DNA of 64,000 nt from an uncultured Solirubrobacterales bacterium (GTDB lineage: Bacteria; Actinomycetota; Thermoleophilia; Solirubrobacterales; Solirubrobacteraceae). Under the pieces are notes generated by a model that ran no database searches, had not been told where the DNA came from, and was given only the letters and a program-made list of their open reading frames with translations. This document shows positions 1 through 9,853 of the stretch, in pieces. The translations under genes and the position numbers were made by a program. Location: NCBI GenBank assembly GCA_963809705.1, contig CAWEKF010000003.1, forward strand, positions 35,147 to 99,146, read 5' to 3'. Every line of letters begins with the position of its first letter. Within the stretch, counting starts at the first letter, position 1.

Positions 1-748
1 CGCCGACGAACCGCCATCGCCAGTCGGACGATTCTTTCGCCTCCGAAAGTGACGGGACCTCGGCGTGTGCCTCGGCATACCTGTCGATGTCGTCGGCGCG
101 GCCGTTGACGAGTAGGGCGACCGCTTGCTCCGCCGTCAAGGGCGTAGCGATGCCTGCGTTCGGGTGGGGCGCGATGACTCTCGGAACGATCAGTGCATGG
201 CGTAGTAGATCGCTCGGGACCAAGGAAGCAGCGCCTACCCATGCGCTGCCCTCCCAGGCCACGCGAGACCGAATGGTGGCCGCGACCGCGAGCAATGCCT
301 CGCGGTGGTCGCCGTCCACGGTGTTCGCGGCCGGTACGAGCACCTTCGCGCCCTTACCCGGCTTTCCGCTCCGGCCAGTCCCACCTATGACCTCCGGTGT
401 TACGTGCGCCCAATACGAGATTTTGGTGTTCAGGTTATGCAGCACAATGAGGTGTGGAACTGCGTGCTTCGCCCACGCTTCGACGCGGGAGCGCTTCGCG
501 TCGTAGTACCACCAGCCTGGCGGATCGCCGTTGGTTGTCGGTTTCTTGAAGTAGCTCGCTCCTGCCTTGACCTGCAATCCGACCATCGTGCTTGCTTCGT
601 CGCCACGCTCGTCGCGCGCGAGCACGAACAGGTCCGAGCCACGGTCATGCCGACTGTTTCGCATCGGGCCCCAACCAAGGCGCTGAAAGGCCGCCATGAC
701 CTCGCTTTCCCCGGTGCTGCCATCTTGCTCTTGCTGCCAGCGGTGCAT
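1..748 (-). CDS. DUF4365-like PD-(D/E)xK nuclease-domain protein, 5' part (runs off the left edge; absent from the ORF track)
   Basis: Manual translation from ATG at 748: MHRWQQEQDGSTGESEVMAAFQRLGWGPMRNSRHDRGSDLFVLARDERGDEASTMVGLQVKAGASYF..., open to position 1; GE...D.G.D...LQVK pattern. Confidence 0.75.
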   Translation of the reverse strand, partial: MHRWQQEQDGSTGESEVMAAFQRLGWGPMRNSRHDRGSDLFVLARDERGDEASTMVGLQVKAGASYFKKPTTNGDPPGWWYYDAKRSRVEAWAKHAVPHLIVLHNLNTKISYWAHVTPEVIGGTGRSGKPGKGAKVLVPAANTVDGDHREALLAVAATIRSRVAWEGSAWVGAASLVPSDLLRHALIVPRVIAPHPNAGIATPLTAEQAVALLVNGRADDIDRYAEAHAEVPSLSEAKESSDWRWRFVG

Positions 749-974
749 TCTGGATAGTCAACTCCAAACGGCGGATCGAGGGAGGCTGCCTCGTAAGGCC
801 GGGGGAGTAGCTGCCGACTTTCCGGCGCTAACTCACGACGCGCAGGTGGCGAGGCTTGCTCGCTGCGGCCTGGCGCTGCTTGTAGGCATCCATCGCACGC
901 TGCGCGCGTCGAAACGTAAAGTGCCCCGGCGCAGCGCGAACTGCCCGGGGCGTGGCACGGAAAGGAGTCTTTCC

Positions 975-1223
975 ATGCAGGACGAGACTAGCCAGAACCC
1001 AAGGGAAGAGGACGAGCGAGTGCAGAAAGCGGTTTTGGGGTTGCTGCTGCGCCCGAACGAGCAGCGGCCGTGGTCCGTGGACGAGGTGGAGCGCGAGGTG
1101 GGGGAGGCGCTTGCTGTCGCCGATGCCATCGCCGCGCTGCACGCGGCCGGTTTGATCCATCGTTGCGGCGATTTCGTGTTCGCCAGTCGCGCGGCGCTGT
1201 GTATGGATCGGCTGTCGCTCTAG
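975..1223 (+). CDS. Small hypothetical protein, possible winged-helix
   Basis: AAGGAG RBS before ATG 975; MQDETSQNPREEDERVQKAVLGLLL...WSVDEVEREVG...LHAAGLIHRCGDFVFASRAA. Confidence 0.65.
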   Translation: MQDETSQNPREEDERVQKAVLGLLLRPNEQRPWSVDEVEREVGEALAVADAIAALHAAGLIHRCGDFVFASRAALCMDRLSL

Positions 1224-1418
1224 GCAACACTCAGGATGGGCGCCGGATCGCTTCTTCTCGTGACCGCGCTATCGCGGAGTCCGTGGGCGGTCCGGCGAAC
1301 GTCCTCTGTCCGTTCCGTCTACGGTTGTGAGTGCCCCAAAACAGCCCGCCGTTACAGGGCTCACGGGGAAATTTCAAAATTGCTTGGCCGCTTTGACCTT
1401 CTCACGGTCATTAAGAGT

Positions 1419-1640
1419 ATGGAGAACGATCCATACTCGAGCCGCGAAACGCTGGCGCATAGGTTCCCGGAGCCTTACGTGGGCCGACGGGCACTGGCCG
1501 AGATCATGGGCGTGAGTCTGGCGACTATCGATCGCTTGGTCGCCGAGGGGATGCCATCGGCGACGTGGGGCCGCCGTACGCGGCGTTTCAGGCCGTCCGC
1601 GGCGATCTCGTGGGCCTCGGCACGGGAGAGGGCTGCATGA
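1419..1640 (+). CDS. Excisionase/AlpA-like HTH protein
   Basis: YVGRRALAEIMGVSLATIDRLVAEGMP HTH; ATGA overlap with the integrase remnant. Confidence 0.75.
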   Translation: MENDPYSSRETLAHRFPEPYVGRRALAEIMGVSLATIDRLVAEGMPSATWGRRTRRFRPSAAISWASARERAA

Positions 1641-2028
1641 GCGTTATGAGGCTACCTTCGGGCCGCTGGCGCGCTCAGGTCCACGACCCGGCGTTGGGGC
1701 ATAACGTCAGCGTCTCGCGCGTCCTCGGTGGCCCCGGTACGTTCGCCACCAAGACCGAGGCAAAGCGGGCACGCGAGAAGGCGCGGGAGCGATTGGGAAG
1801 GGCGGAAGCCTCTATCTCGCGACCCGCCACTTTGCAGGTTGGTACATGATCAACGTCCTCGACGTGCCCTCCGAGGACGTGGCAATCGCGCTCGGACACA
1901 CCGATGGCGGTGAGCTGGTGCGACGCCTCTACGGCCACCGCGATCACGAGCGTGCGCTTGATCGCGTTACAGCAGCCTACGAGCGGACGGCGAGCTTCAC
2001 TCAAGCGAGCTTGTGGGACACCCGATGA
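1637..2028 (+). pseudogene. Tyrosine recombinase/integrase with a large internal deletion
   Basis: N-terminal arm-binding-like segment (MSVMRLPSGRWRAQVHD...FATKTEAKRAREKA) joined out of frame at about 1805 to the C-terminal catalytic segment (LYLATRHFAGWYM...ALGHTDGGELVRRLYGH). Confidence 0.8.
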
Positions 2029-2094
2029 GACGCTCGGATATCAGTGTTGCCGTTTTGCCGGTTTTTTGGCAATAAGACTGCTAGCCTTGCTGGT

Positions 2095-2778
2095 ATGGTG
2101 ATCGTGGACCGCAAGCAACAGTTTTTTGAGAACATCGCGCGGCTTCGGCGCGTTGGGCGTCTCGTGCCTGACAACGAAGACCTGTTCGCTGTCCGCCTGG
2201 GACTCGAACAGGAGCTGGGGGAGACCATCTCACGACGACTCGCCGCGAAGCTACTCGGCGTCAGTCACACCGCTCTGGAACGATGGATCGAGAGCGGCGA
2301 CGTGCCGCTGGTGTTCACTGCGACGAGGCGTCAAGCGGTGTCGGTCTCGGCGCTGCTCGATCTCTACGAAGCCGTCCGCTCCAGCAAGTCAGATGGGACT
2401 GTGCGCCACCCGCTTGCCGCTGTGCTGCGGAGCAGGCAGCACGCCGCTGAGCAGCTACCGGTGGACTGGTCGCATGATCGGGGTTCTTGTGACCGCACGC
2501 ATCAGCGCGGCCTTGCGTATCACCAGGCCGTGGCGGCGCGATTGCGCAAGCAAACTGTCGCCGATGCCAAGTACGTCCTTTATCGCTGGCGTGAGCAGGG
2601 CAGGATCGACCCCGTCTACGCCGAGAGATGGGACCGTGTCCTTGCCATGCCCCTGAAGGCCATCCGCGACGCGATCACGGCAGTCGGCGCCGATGCAGAC
2701 GACCTGCGCCAGAATTCTCCGTTCGCGGGAGCGCTCACCGAGCCTGAACGCCGGCGTGTCCTTGTCGAGGTCGGCTGA
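2095..2778 (+). CDS. HTH-containing hypothetical protein, antitoxin-like
   Basis: ISRRLAAKLLGVSHTALERWIESG HTH; C-terminal DDLRQNSPFAGAL segment; TAGCCT -10 box 7 nt upstream of ATG. Confidence 0.65.
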   Translation: MVIVDRKQQFFENIARLRRVGRLVPDNEDLFAVRLGLEQELGETISRRLAAKLLGVSHTALERWIESGDVPLVFTATRRQAVSVSALLDLYEAVRSSKSDGTVRHPLAAVLRSRQHAAEQLPVDWSHDRGSCDRTHQRGLAYHQAVAARLRKQTVADAKYVLYRWREQGRIDPVYAERWDRVLAMPLKAIRDAITAVGADADDLRQNSPFAGALTEPERRRVLVEVG

Positions 2779-2827
2779 TGCAGTCGGAGTTCGTACCGCC
2801 CTCGCTGGCGGTAACGTGGTTTCCGTC

Positions 2828-3136
2828 ATGAGCGCTCCCACTCCTGGTCTCGACCTCGTCCGGCTTCGCGCCCGGCGTGAGGAGATCCTGACTTGCGCCG
2901 CCGAGCATGGTGCGCGCAACGTCCGCGTGTTCGGATCGATGGCGCGGGGAGAGCCAGACGCCGCGAGCGATGTGGATCTTCTGGTGCAGATGGAACCGGG
3001 CCGTAATCTGCTCGATCTGGTTGGGCTTTGGCAGGATCTTGAGGATCTGCTCGGTACCCACGTTGATGTTCTTAGTGAGGGCGGCGTGAGTCCGCATTTG
3101 CGCGAGCGTATATATGCCGACGCCGTAGCCCTGTGA
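2828..3136 (+). CDS. mntA: MntA-type minimal nucleotidyltransferase antitoxin
   Basis: GSx10DxD motif (FGSMARGEPDAASDVD); GTGA overlap with the HEPN gene. Confidence 0.9.
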   Translation: MSAPTPGLDLVRLRARREEILTCAAEHGARNVRVFGSMARGEPDAASDVDLLVQMEPGRNLLDLVGLWQDLEDLLGTHVDVLSEGGVSPHLRERIYADAVAL

Positions 3137-3501
3137 AGGACGAGCGCACTTACCTCACGCACGCGATCGAGGCGATCGACGCCATCACGGACTACACGGC
3201 CGATGGCCAGAAGGTGTTCTTCTCTGATGGCAAGACGCAGGATGCCGTGATCCGCAATATCGAGATCATCGGTCAGGCGGTCAAGGGCATATCGGACGAC
3301 ACTCGTGCTCTTGAGCCTGTGGTTCCGTGGCGACAAATCGCCGGAATGCGCGACAAGCTAATTCACGAATACTTTGGTGTTGACCTCGCGCTCGTGTGGG
3401 ATGTCGTGGAACAGGAACTGCCGGTCCTGCGCCCGCAACTGGAGAAGCTACGCGAGCGACTGACCAACGATGTGACCGCAGCGGACAGGCCGTCTTCCTA
3501 G
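3133..3501 (+). CDS. hepT: HepT/DUF86 HEPN ribonuclease toxin
   Basis: Rx4HxY motif (RDKLIHEY), PWRQIAGMR. Confidence 0.9.
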   Translation: MKDERTYLTHAIEAIDAITDYTADGQKVFFSDGKTQDAVIRNIEIIGQAVKGISDDTRALEPVVPWRQIAGMRDKLIHEYFGVDLALVWDVVEQELPVLRPQLEKLRERLTNDVTAADRPSS

Positions 3502-3622
3502 TCGCCATCGGCGGGCAGACCGTCAAATGCTGCTCGTCCTTTGTTTGTCCGATCACGCAAAAACGCTTACAAATTGGCGTTAGGCGCTTCAAACGGAACA
3601 ACGATTCTCATCCGAGTAGAAG

Positions 3623-4543
3623 TCAAGGTCGCATCGGCGGCTCGGATGTAGGCGATGCTGGATCGGGACGTGCGCTGGATTCCAGGCGCTTGCGGTCGCC
3701 TGTTGCTGTATCGAGCGCAGCCCGTGCCGCGGTGAGGGCCTCGTCGAGGCGCTCACGCTCAGGTCCATCAGCCGCGGCGTGACGGGTCTGTGCGGCGGCT
3801 ATGAGCGGCTGCAGGATGTCCATCGGCAGTGGGAACACGATTGTGGAGCTCTGTTTGTTGCTTACCTCGAGCAGCGTTTGGAGGTAGCGCAGCTGGATCG
3901 TCACGGGGTTGCGGCTGATCACATCGGCTGCGTCGTTGAGTCGTGCGGCGGCCTGGAATTCGCCCTCGGCGTTGATGATCTTCGCGCGGCGCTCGCGCTC
4001 GGCCTCGGCCTGGCGCGCCATCGCATGCTGCATCCGCTCCGGGATCTCGACATCCTTGATCTCGACCGCGGTGACCTTGACTCCCCAGGGCTCGGTTTGA
4101 TCGTCGATGATCTGCTGCAGGTGCTCGTTCAAGCGCTCGCGCTCGGCCAGCAGCGCGTCGAGCTCGGCCTTGCCCAGTACCGAGCGCAGGGTCGTCTGGG
4201 CGATTTGCGAAGTAGCGGCCAGCACGTCTTCGATCTCGAGCACTGACCTCGTGGAATCGATGATCCGGTAGTAGGCGACCGCGGTGACCCGGGCGGGCAC
4301 GTTGTCACGCGTGATGATCTCCTGCGCCGGGATCTGCAGCGTGATCGTACGCAGGCTGACGCGGACCATGCGATCGATCGCGGGCATGAGGAAGATCAGG
4401 CCCGGTCCGCGCTGGCTGGTCACACGGCCGAGACGGAAGACGACGCCGCGCTCATACTCGCGCAACACGCGCACCGAAGCGCCCGCGAGCATGAGCGCCG
4501 TGACCATTACGCAGCTGAGGACGATGACGAGCGCAAGGATCAT
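3623..4543 (-). CDS. Slipin/SPFH (band 7) membrane protein
   Basis: [48 protein letters not shown]. Confidence 0.92.
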   Translation of the reverse strand: MILALVIVLSCVMVTALMLAGASVRVLREYERGVVFRLGRVTSQRGPGLIFLMPAIDRMVRVSLRTITLQIPAQEIITRDNVPARVTAVAYYRIIDSTRSVLEIEDVLAATSQIAQTTLRSVLGKAELDALLAERERLNEHLQQIIDDQTEPWGVKVTAVEIKDVEIPERMQHAMARQAEAERERRAKIINAEGEFQAAARLNDAADVISRNPVTIQLRYLQTLLEVSNKQSSTIVFPLPMDILQPLIAAAQTRHAAADGPERERLDEALTAARAALDTATGDRKRLESSARPDPASPTSEPPMRP

Positions 4544-5010
4544 GCGATGAGCTCCCACTCCTCGGCACGGCGCACGGACAGGGTCAGACCGCTCACGCGC
4601 TCGACCACGACAGGATCGCCCTCGTGAAGCGCCTCGCCGTCGATTCCCGCCCATCCGTGCCGGGCACGCCATAGGACCCCATCGATGAATACCTGGCCGG
4701 CGGGCTCGCTCCAGCCGCGGACCACGCCAATCCGACCACACAACGCCTCCGCGCCGGCTTGGATACGCGCGCGTCTCACGCCCGCTGCCTTGCGCGTCAC
4801 CAGGAGCGCCCATCCGCCAGCCACCGCGCCGAGACCGATACCCACCGACACGGCAAGCGCCGCGCTGCCACCCAACGTGGCGATGACGATGATCCCACCG
4901 GCCATCAGCGCCACGCCCCCCGCCACACCGAGAACCCCGCCGGGCACGTGAGCCTCGGCCACCGCTAGCACGGCGCCCATTACCAACAGCACAAAGCCGA
5001 GCGCGATCAT
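4540..5010 (-). CDS. NfeD family membrane protein
   Basis: Hydrophobic N-terminus, [15 protein letters not shown]-fold motif, coupled to the slipin gene. Confidence 0.88.
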   Translation of the reverse strand: MIALGFVLLVMGAVLAVAEAHVPGGVLGVAGGVALMAGGIIVIATLGGSAALAVSVGIGLGAVAGGWALLVTRKAAGVRRARIQAGAEALCGRIGVVRGWSEPAGQVFIDGVLWRARHGWAGIDGEALHEGDPVVVERVSGLTLSVRRAEEWELIA

Positions 5011-5154
5011 TTGAGTTCTCCTCCCTCATTGTATGCCGTCGTCGGTTTCGCCCTGCGCGTATCTCGCCGCGAAGTACCTGGCGCCGTACTTGGAGAAAGG
5101 AGATTCTTTGAGAGTCAGTCGTTGGTGGCCTGTGAGACCCGCTAACTTGAATCT

Positions 5155-5310
5155 ATGCTCACACAGGCAGATCGTGCGGCCGAGCGGCGTCGCGTGAAGC
5201 TGGACGAGATCCAGCTTCAGGTCAAGGATGGCTCTCTGACGATCCGGAAGATGACACCGGCGGAGCGCAAGCGCTATCCCCCGAGACCGTCCAAGGCGCG
5301 TGGCAGATGA
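5155..5310 (+). CDS. Small basic hypothetical protein (51 aa, not in the ORF track)
   Basis: MLTQADRAAERRRVKLDEIQLQVKDGSLTIRKMTPAERKRYPPRPSKARGR; TAACTT -10 box 6 nt upstream; ATGA overlap with the next gene. Confidence 0.65.
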   Translation: MLTQADRAAERRRVKLDEIQLQVKDGSLTIRKMTPAERKRYPPRPSKARGR

Positions 5311-5621
5311 CGACTTTTTTCGTCGCCGGCATCGAGGGGCAGGGCGCGGAGGCGGCCTACCATGAGTTGCGAGAGCGCTCTCAGATTGTCGTCGGCTGCC
5401 CGGCCAGGTCGCGACGTATCTTCAAGCTGAGCTGCCGGTTCGAGGGGTGCGACAGCGAGATCGAGGTCGGTAGGCATTTGTCCCACGGGAGCGATGTCGT
5501 GGCTGCGATCCTCGATCACGGACGAGAGGAGGCGTTCGTGGTGCACACCGCAACCGCCGATGGGGTGGGCGCCGCGGTGCGTGTCGGACGTCCCGTGTAC
5601 TCCGTGACGGAGTTCTCATGA
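5307..5621 (+). CDS. Hypothetical protein
   Basis: 104-aa ORF translationally coupled to the upstream small ORF. Confidence 0.6.
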   Translation: MTTFFVAGIEGQGAEAAYHELRERSQIVVGCPARSRRIFKLSCRFEGCDSEIEVGRHLSHGSDVVAAILDHGREEAFVVHTATADGVGAAVRVGRPVYSVTEFS

Positions 5622-5798
5622 ACATCTCGGCCTGTGGTGGAGCCGCCGGTGCGTACTCATAGTGCTGTGCCGCTCTCCACTGGTACGGTAGAGAGGTCCA
5701 TCGCGCGCTGAACATCGCGGCGATCGTGCGCTCGCCGGGTCCTTCCTGACCTCTCTGCCTCGCGATCGCGGCCCTTGAGAGGCTCGTGAGGAGCGCTC

Positions 5799-6973
5799 GT
5801 GAATGCCGTGACTGCAGGGCCTGACCGCAGGCCGCATCGCTCCTCCTTGGAGCATCCGCCGAAGCGCTTTGAGATCGCAATGTCTTCTCGCCCGCCGGGC
5901 GCGCCGCTGCGCGTCGCGATGCTCGCACCTCCCTGGATACTCGGTCCCCCCGCCGGGGTATGGAGGTGTGGAGTCGGTGGTCGGCGTGCTCACGGAGGCA
6001 CTCGTCCGGCGCGGGCACGAGGTGACGCTCTTCTGCGCTCCCGGCTCTCGATCGAGCGCGCGAGTGGTGACCTTGCTCGAGGAGTCCCACCCCGAGGAGA
6101 TCGAGCGCTCGCTCTATGAGGTCGACCATGTCGCACGAGCGTTCGAGGAGATCGACCTCGCTGCCTACGATAGGCGCTTTGACGTGGTTCACGACCATTG
6201 CGGTTTCACGGCGCTCGCGATGGCCGACCGCATCGACACGCCGTTCGTGCACACCCTGCACGGGCAGTTCACCACCAGCACCGCGGCCTTTTACGCTCGC
6301 CACGGCCACAAGGCGGCGCTCGTGGGCATCAGTCGGGCGCAGCTCGCGTCGGCGCCGGCGGGCCTGGAAGCGGTTGGGGCGATCCCGAACCCGATCGACG
6401 TTCGGGCATGGCCGCTGCGCGAGCACAAGGACGACTACCTGCTGTGGATCGGGAGGATGACCGCCGAGAAGGGCCCCCACCGCGCGATCGCCGCAGCCCG
6501 TGTCGCGGGTGTGCCGCTCGTCCTGGCGGGAGTCATCCAGCCCGGGCAGCAGGCGTTCTTCGACCGCGAGGTAGCACCACACGTCGACGGCGAGCGCGTC
6601 CGCTTCGTGGGCGAGGTCGGTGGCTCGGTCAAGCGTTCGCTCTTCGCGGGCGCCCGCGCGCTGCTCATGCCGATCCGCTGGGAGGAGCCCTTCGGGATGG
6701 TCATGGTCGAGGCGCTGGCCTGCGGAACCCCGGTGATCGCCTTTCCCGAAGGCGCCGCCCGCGAGCTCGTCATCGACGGGCAGACCGGCTTCCTCGTCGA
6801 GGACGAGCGGGCGATGGGCGCGGCGGTCGACCGGCTTGCCCGGCATCGCCGCGCGGGACTGCCGTGCCTGGGTCGCCGAGCACTGCGACGTCGACGTGGT
6901 CGCCGCTGCCTACGAGTCTGACCTACCGATCGGTGGCACATCAGGCCCACAGGAAGCCCTCGCGCTTGTCTGA
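5799..6973 (+). CDS. Glycosyltransferase family 4, frameshifted (about 5940, 6840, 6920)
   Basis: LRVAMLAPPW..VPPPGYGGVE, EKGPH, WEEPFGMVMVEALACGTPV split across frames. Confidence 0.85.
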
Positions 6974-8960
6974 GCGCACCCTGAGCGTCCTGGACGGCAG
7001 CACCTTCGTCGTCGGGGACCGCCTCGGCGACGTGCGGGGCGAGGCGGGTCGCGAGCACGGCTTCTACTGCGAGGACACCCGTTTCCTCTCGCGCTGGGTC
7101 TTGCCGTACGGGCGAGACGCCACTGGAGCTGCTCGGCCTCGACCAGAGCGCGCACTTCGCGGCTCAGTTCTTCCTGACTCCCCAGGTCGGGCCGGACGAG
7201 GAGGCGCCGTGCTCGATCATGCGCCGGCGGCTCATCGACCACGTGTGGATCGAGGAGATCTCGGTGACAAACCACCGCCATGAGAGTAGCGAGATGCGAG
7301 TGGTGCTGGAGGTCGACGACCGACTTCGCCGATCTGTTCGAGGTCAAGGACGGCACCGTCGCTGAGCGGGAGGTGAGCTGTCGCCACGACGATCGAACGC
7401 TCACGCTGGTCTACGAGCGCGCCGGCTTCCGGCGCTCGATCTCGATCTGCCGCCAGCCGCCCGGCGGCAGTCACCCGCGAGGGCTTCGCTTACTCGCTGC
7501 GGCTCGCGCCCGGCGAGCAGTGGTCGACCACCTTCACCATTACGCCTCACGCCGCACAGGCGGGGATCGCTTTCGCAAAGCGCGAGTCACGGGGTGGTCT
7601 TCAGGAGTTGAGCGTCTCCAAGTCGGCCGAGCTGCGAGGAGTGGCTGGCCCGAGCACCGGTGTTGCAGACACACGACACGGCATTGGCGCACACCTACCG
7701 CGCCAGCCTCAGCGACCTCGGCGCTCTGCGGCTGCATCCCGATCTCTTGCGAGGGCGCGACCCTCCCGGCGGCTGGACTGCCGTGGTTCATGGCGCTCTT
7801 CGGCCGCGACAGCCTGATCACGAGCTTCCAGGCGCTGCCTTACCTACCCGGGCTGGCCGCCACCACCCTGCGCGTGCTCGCGGGTCGCCAGGCGCAGGGG
7901 CGCGACGACTTCCACGAACAGGAGCCAGGCAAGATCCTTCACGAGCTGCGCTTCGGCGAGCTCACCGCGCGCGGGGAGCGCCCCCACTCCCCGTACTTCG
8001 GGACCGCCGACGCCACGCCACTGTTCCTCGTCCTCCTCGACGAGTACCACCGTTGGTCAGGCGACGACGGGCTCGTCCGCGCGCTCGAGCCTCACGCCCG
8101 TGCCGCATTGGCTTGGATCGAGAACAGTGGAGACGCAGACGGCGATGGGTACGTCGAGTACGCTCGCCGCAATCAGGCCACCGGACTGGTCAATCAATGC
8201 TGGAAGGACAGCTGGGACGCGATCCAGTTCGCCGACGGCACGCTTGCCCAGGGCCCGATCGCGACCTGCGAGATCCAGGGCTACGTATACGACGCGCGGC
8301 GTCGCTCGGCCCGCTTGGCCCGCGAGGTATGGGGCGATGAGGTGCTCGCCGGACGCCTGGAGCGCCAAGCCGCCGACCTGCGCGAGCGCTTCCGTCGCGA
8401 CTTCTGGATGCCCGAGCGTGGCTGTCACGCCTTGGCGCTGGACGGTGAGAAGCGCCAGGTCGACAGTCTGACCTCCAACATCGGCCATCTGCTGTGGTCG
8501 GGCCTGCTCGATGACAGCGAGGCAGCCACGACCGTCGAGCGGCTGCTCGACGAGCAGCTCTACTCCGGCTGGGGAGTGCGGACCCTCGGCACTCACGAGG
8601 CGGGCTACAACCCCCTCGGCTACCACACGGGAACCGTCTGGCCCCACGAGAACTCGCTGATCGCCGCCGGCCTGGCGCGCTACGGCCACCGCGAGGCCGC
8701 AAGCACCATCGCCTCCGCGATCCTCCATGCGGCTCCGTACTTCGAGCACCGCCTGCCCGAGGTCTTCGCCGGCTACCCCAGCGTCGATGACGTCTGTCCC
8801 GGTGGCCTTCCCGACGGCTTCGCGTCCCCAGGCGTGGGCTGCGGGGACCCCACTGCTGTTGCTGAGCACGCTGCTCGACCTCCAGCCTGGGCGAGCCGAT
8901 GCGGACGGTGAGCTCCCATGCGGCATCGGGCACGTCGCGTTGCGCTCGCAGAGAGACTAG
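6966..8960 (+). CDS. Amylo-alpha-1,6-glucosidase/glycogen-debranching-like GH, multiple frameshifts
   Basis: DTRFLSRW, AAGLPWFMALFGRDSLIT, EPGKILHELR, NQCWKDS, YHTGTVWPHEN, RPQAWAAG in alternating frames. Confidence 0.88.
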
Positions 8961-8970
8961 TGTGGGTGCG

Positions 8971-9240
8971 GTGGACGATGACGCGATACGCGCCCTGGTG
9001 ATGCGGTTGGCGCGTCCTCACTCCTCCGGTGGCAAGGTGATAGAGCGTGCGGCGATCCTCGCCGAGGGCGCCGACTCAGCGGCGATCATGGCGTGGATCA
9101 CCGCCCACGCCGGGATCCCCGAGGCGACTGTGGCGACGCCCTCCAGACACGGTCTGCATGGCTCACGGTTTGGCAATGGCGGCGGAGCAGAATCCCAGAC
9201 ATCGCCTCGATTCGTGCTGCCTGCAGGCCAACTGGCCTAA
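8971..9240 (+). CDS. Hypothetical protein
   Basis: VDDDAIRALVMRLARPHSSGGKVIERAAILAEG; start uncertain. Confidence 0.6.
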   Translation: MDDDAIRALVMRLARPHSSGGKVIERAAILAEGADSAAIMAWITAHAGIPEATVATPSRHGLHGSRFGNGGGAESQTSPRFVLPAGQLA

Positions 9241-9355
9241 GGCTCTCGGCGGTCCGCTCAGGTCACGTGAGGCTGATCGGCTTGGAGCTCTTCCCCGGGC
9301 GAGTGTGGCAACACATGTCTGATCTCTCCGCCTTCGTGCACTAGTTCGAGAGCCC

Positions 9356-9769
9356 ATGAACGACTATCCACGCCCGATGCTCACTGTCGACACGGTCGTC
9401 CTGACACGCGAAGCAACGCCAAGCATCCTGCTGATACAGCGTGCGAATCCTCCGTTCGCCGGTGGCTGGGCGCTGCCGGGTGGTTTCGTGGACGAGGGCG
9501 AGACTGTGGCCTCGGCCGCGCCGCGCGAGCTGGAGGAGGAGACCGGTCTGCGGGTGGGCCCGCTCAAGATGCTCGGTGTCTATGACACGCCGGGCCGCGA
9601 TCCGCGCGGCTGGACCGTCTCGGTGGTCTACCTCGCCAGGATCCCGGCGCGCGTCGAGGTGAACGGTGGGGACGATGCGAGCGACGCGTGCTGGTTCGCC
9701 GTGGACGAGCTCCCCGAGCTTGCTTTCGACCACGCTGTGATCGTCGCCGACGCTCTCAGGCGAGACTGA
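9356..9769 (+). CDS. NUDIX hydrolase
   Basis: Nudix box GGFVDEGETVASAAPRELEEETG; RDPRG; LAFDH. Confidence 0.92.
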   Translation: MNDYPRPMLTVDTVVLTREATPSILLIQRANPPFAGGWALPGGFVDEGETVASAAPRELEEETGLRVGPLKMLGVYDTPGRDPRGWTVSVVYLARIPARVEVNGGDDASDACWFAVDELPELAFDHAVIVADALRRD

Positions 9770-9853
9770 CAGCGCTCCACCAAGCGCGCTCACCAGCCGG
9801 ACGAACAGACGAGTCCGTGTGCGCGGTTCATGCGTTGAGAGTAGCCTGCGTAC

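Noticed and set aside
795-860. GGGGAGTAGC resembling a yybP-ykoY riboswitch
   Set aside because: The expected P1 pairing and GAGACC partner are not present, and the downstream gene is not a Mn/membrane transporter.
9241-9354. 8-bp inverted repeats GGCTCTCG/CGAGAGCC bounding an intergenic region (possible MITE)
   Set aside because: Too short, no target duplication, and no second copy seen.
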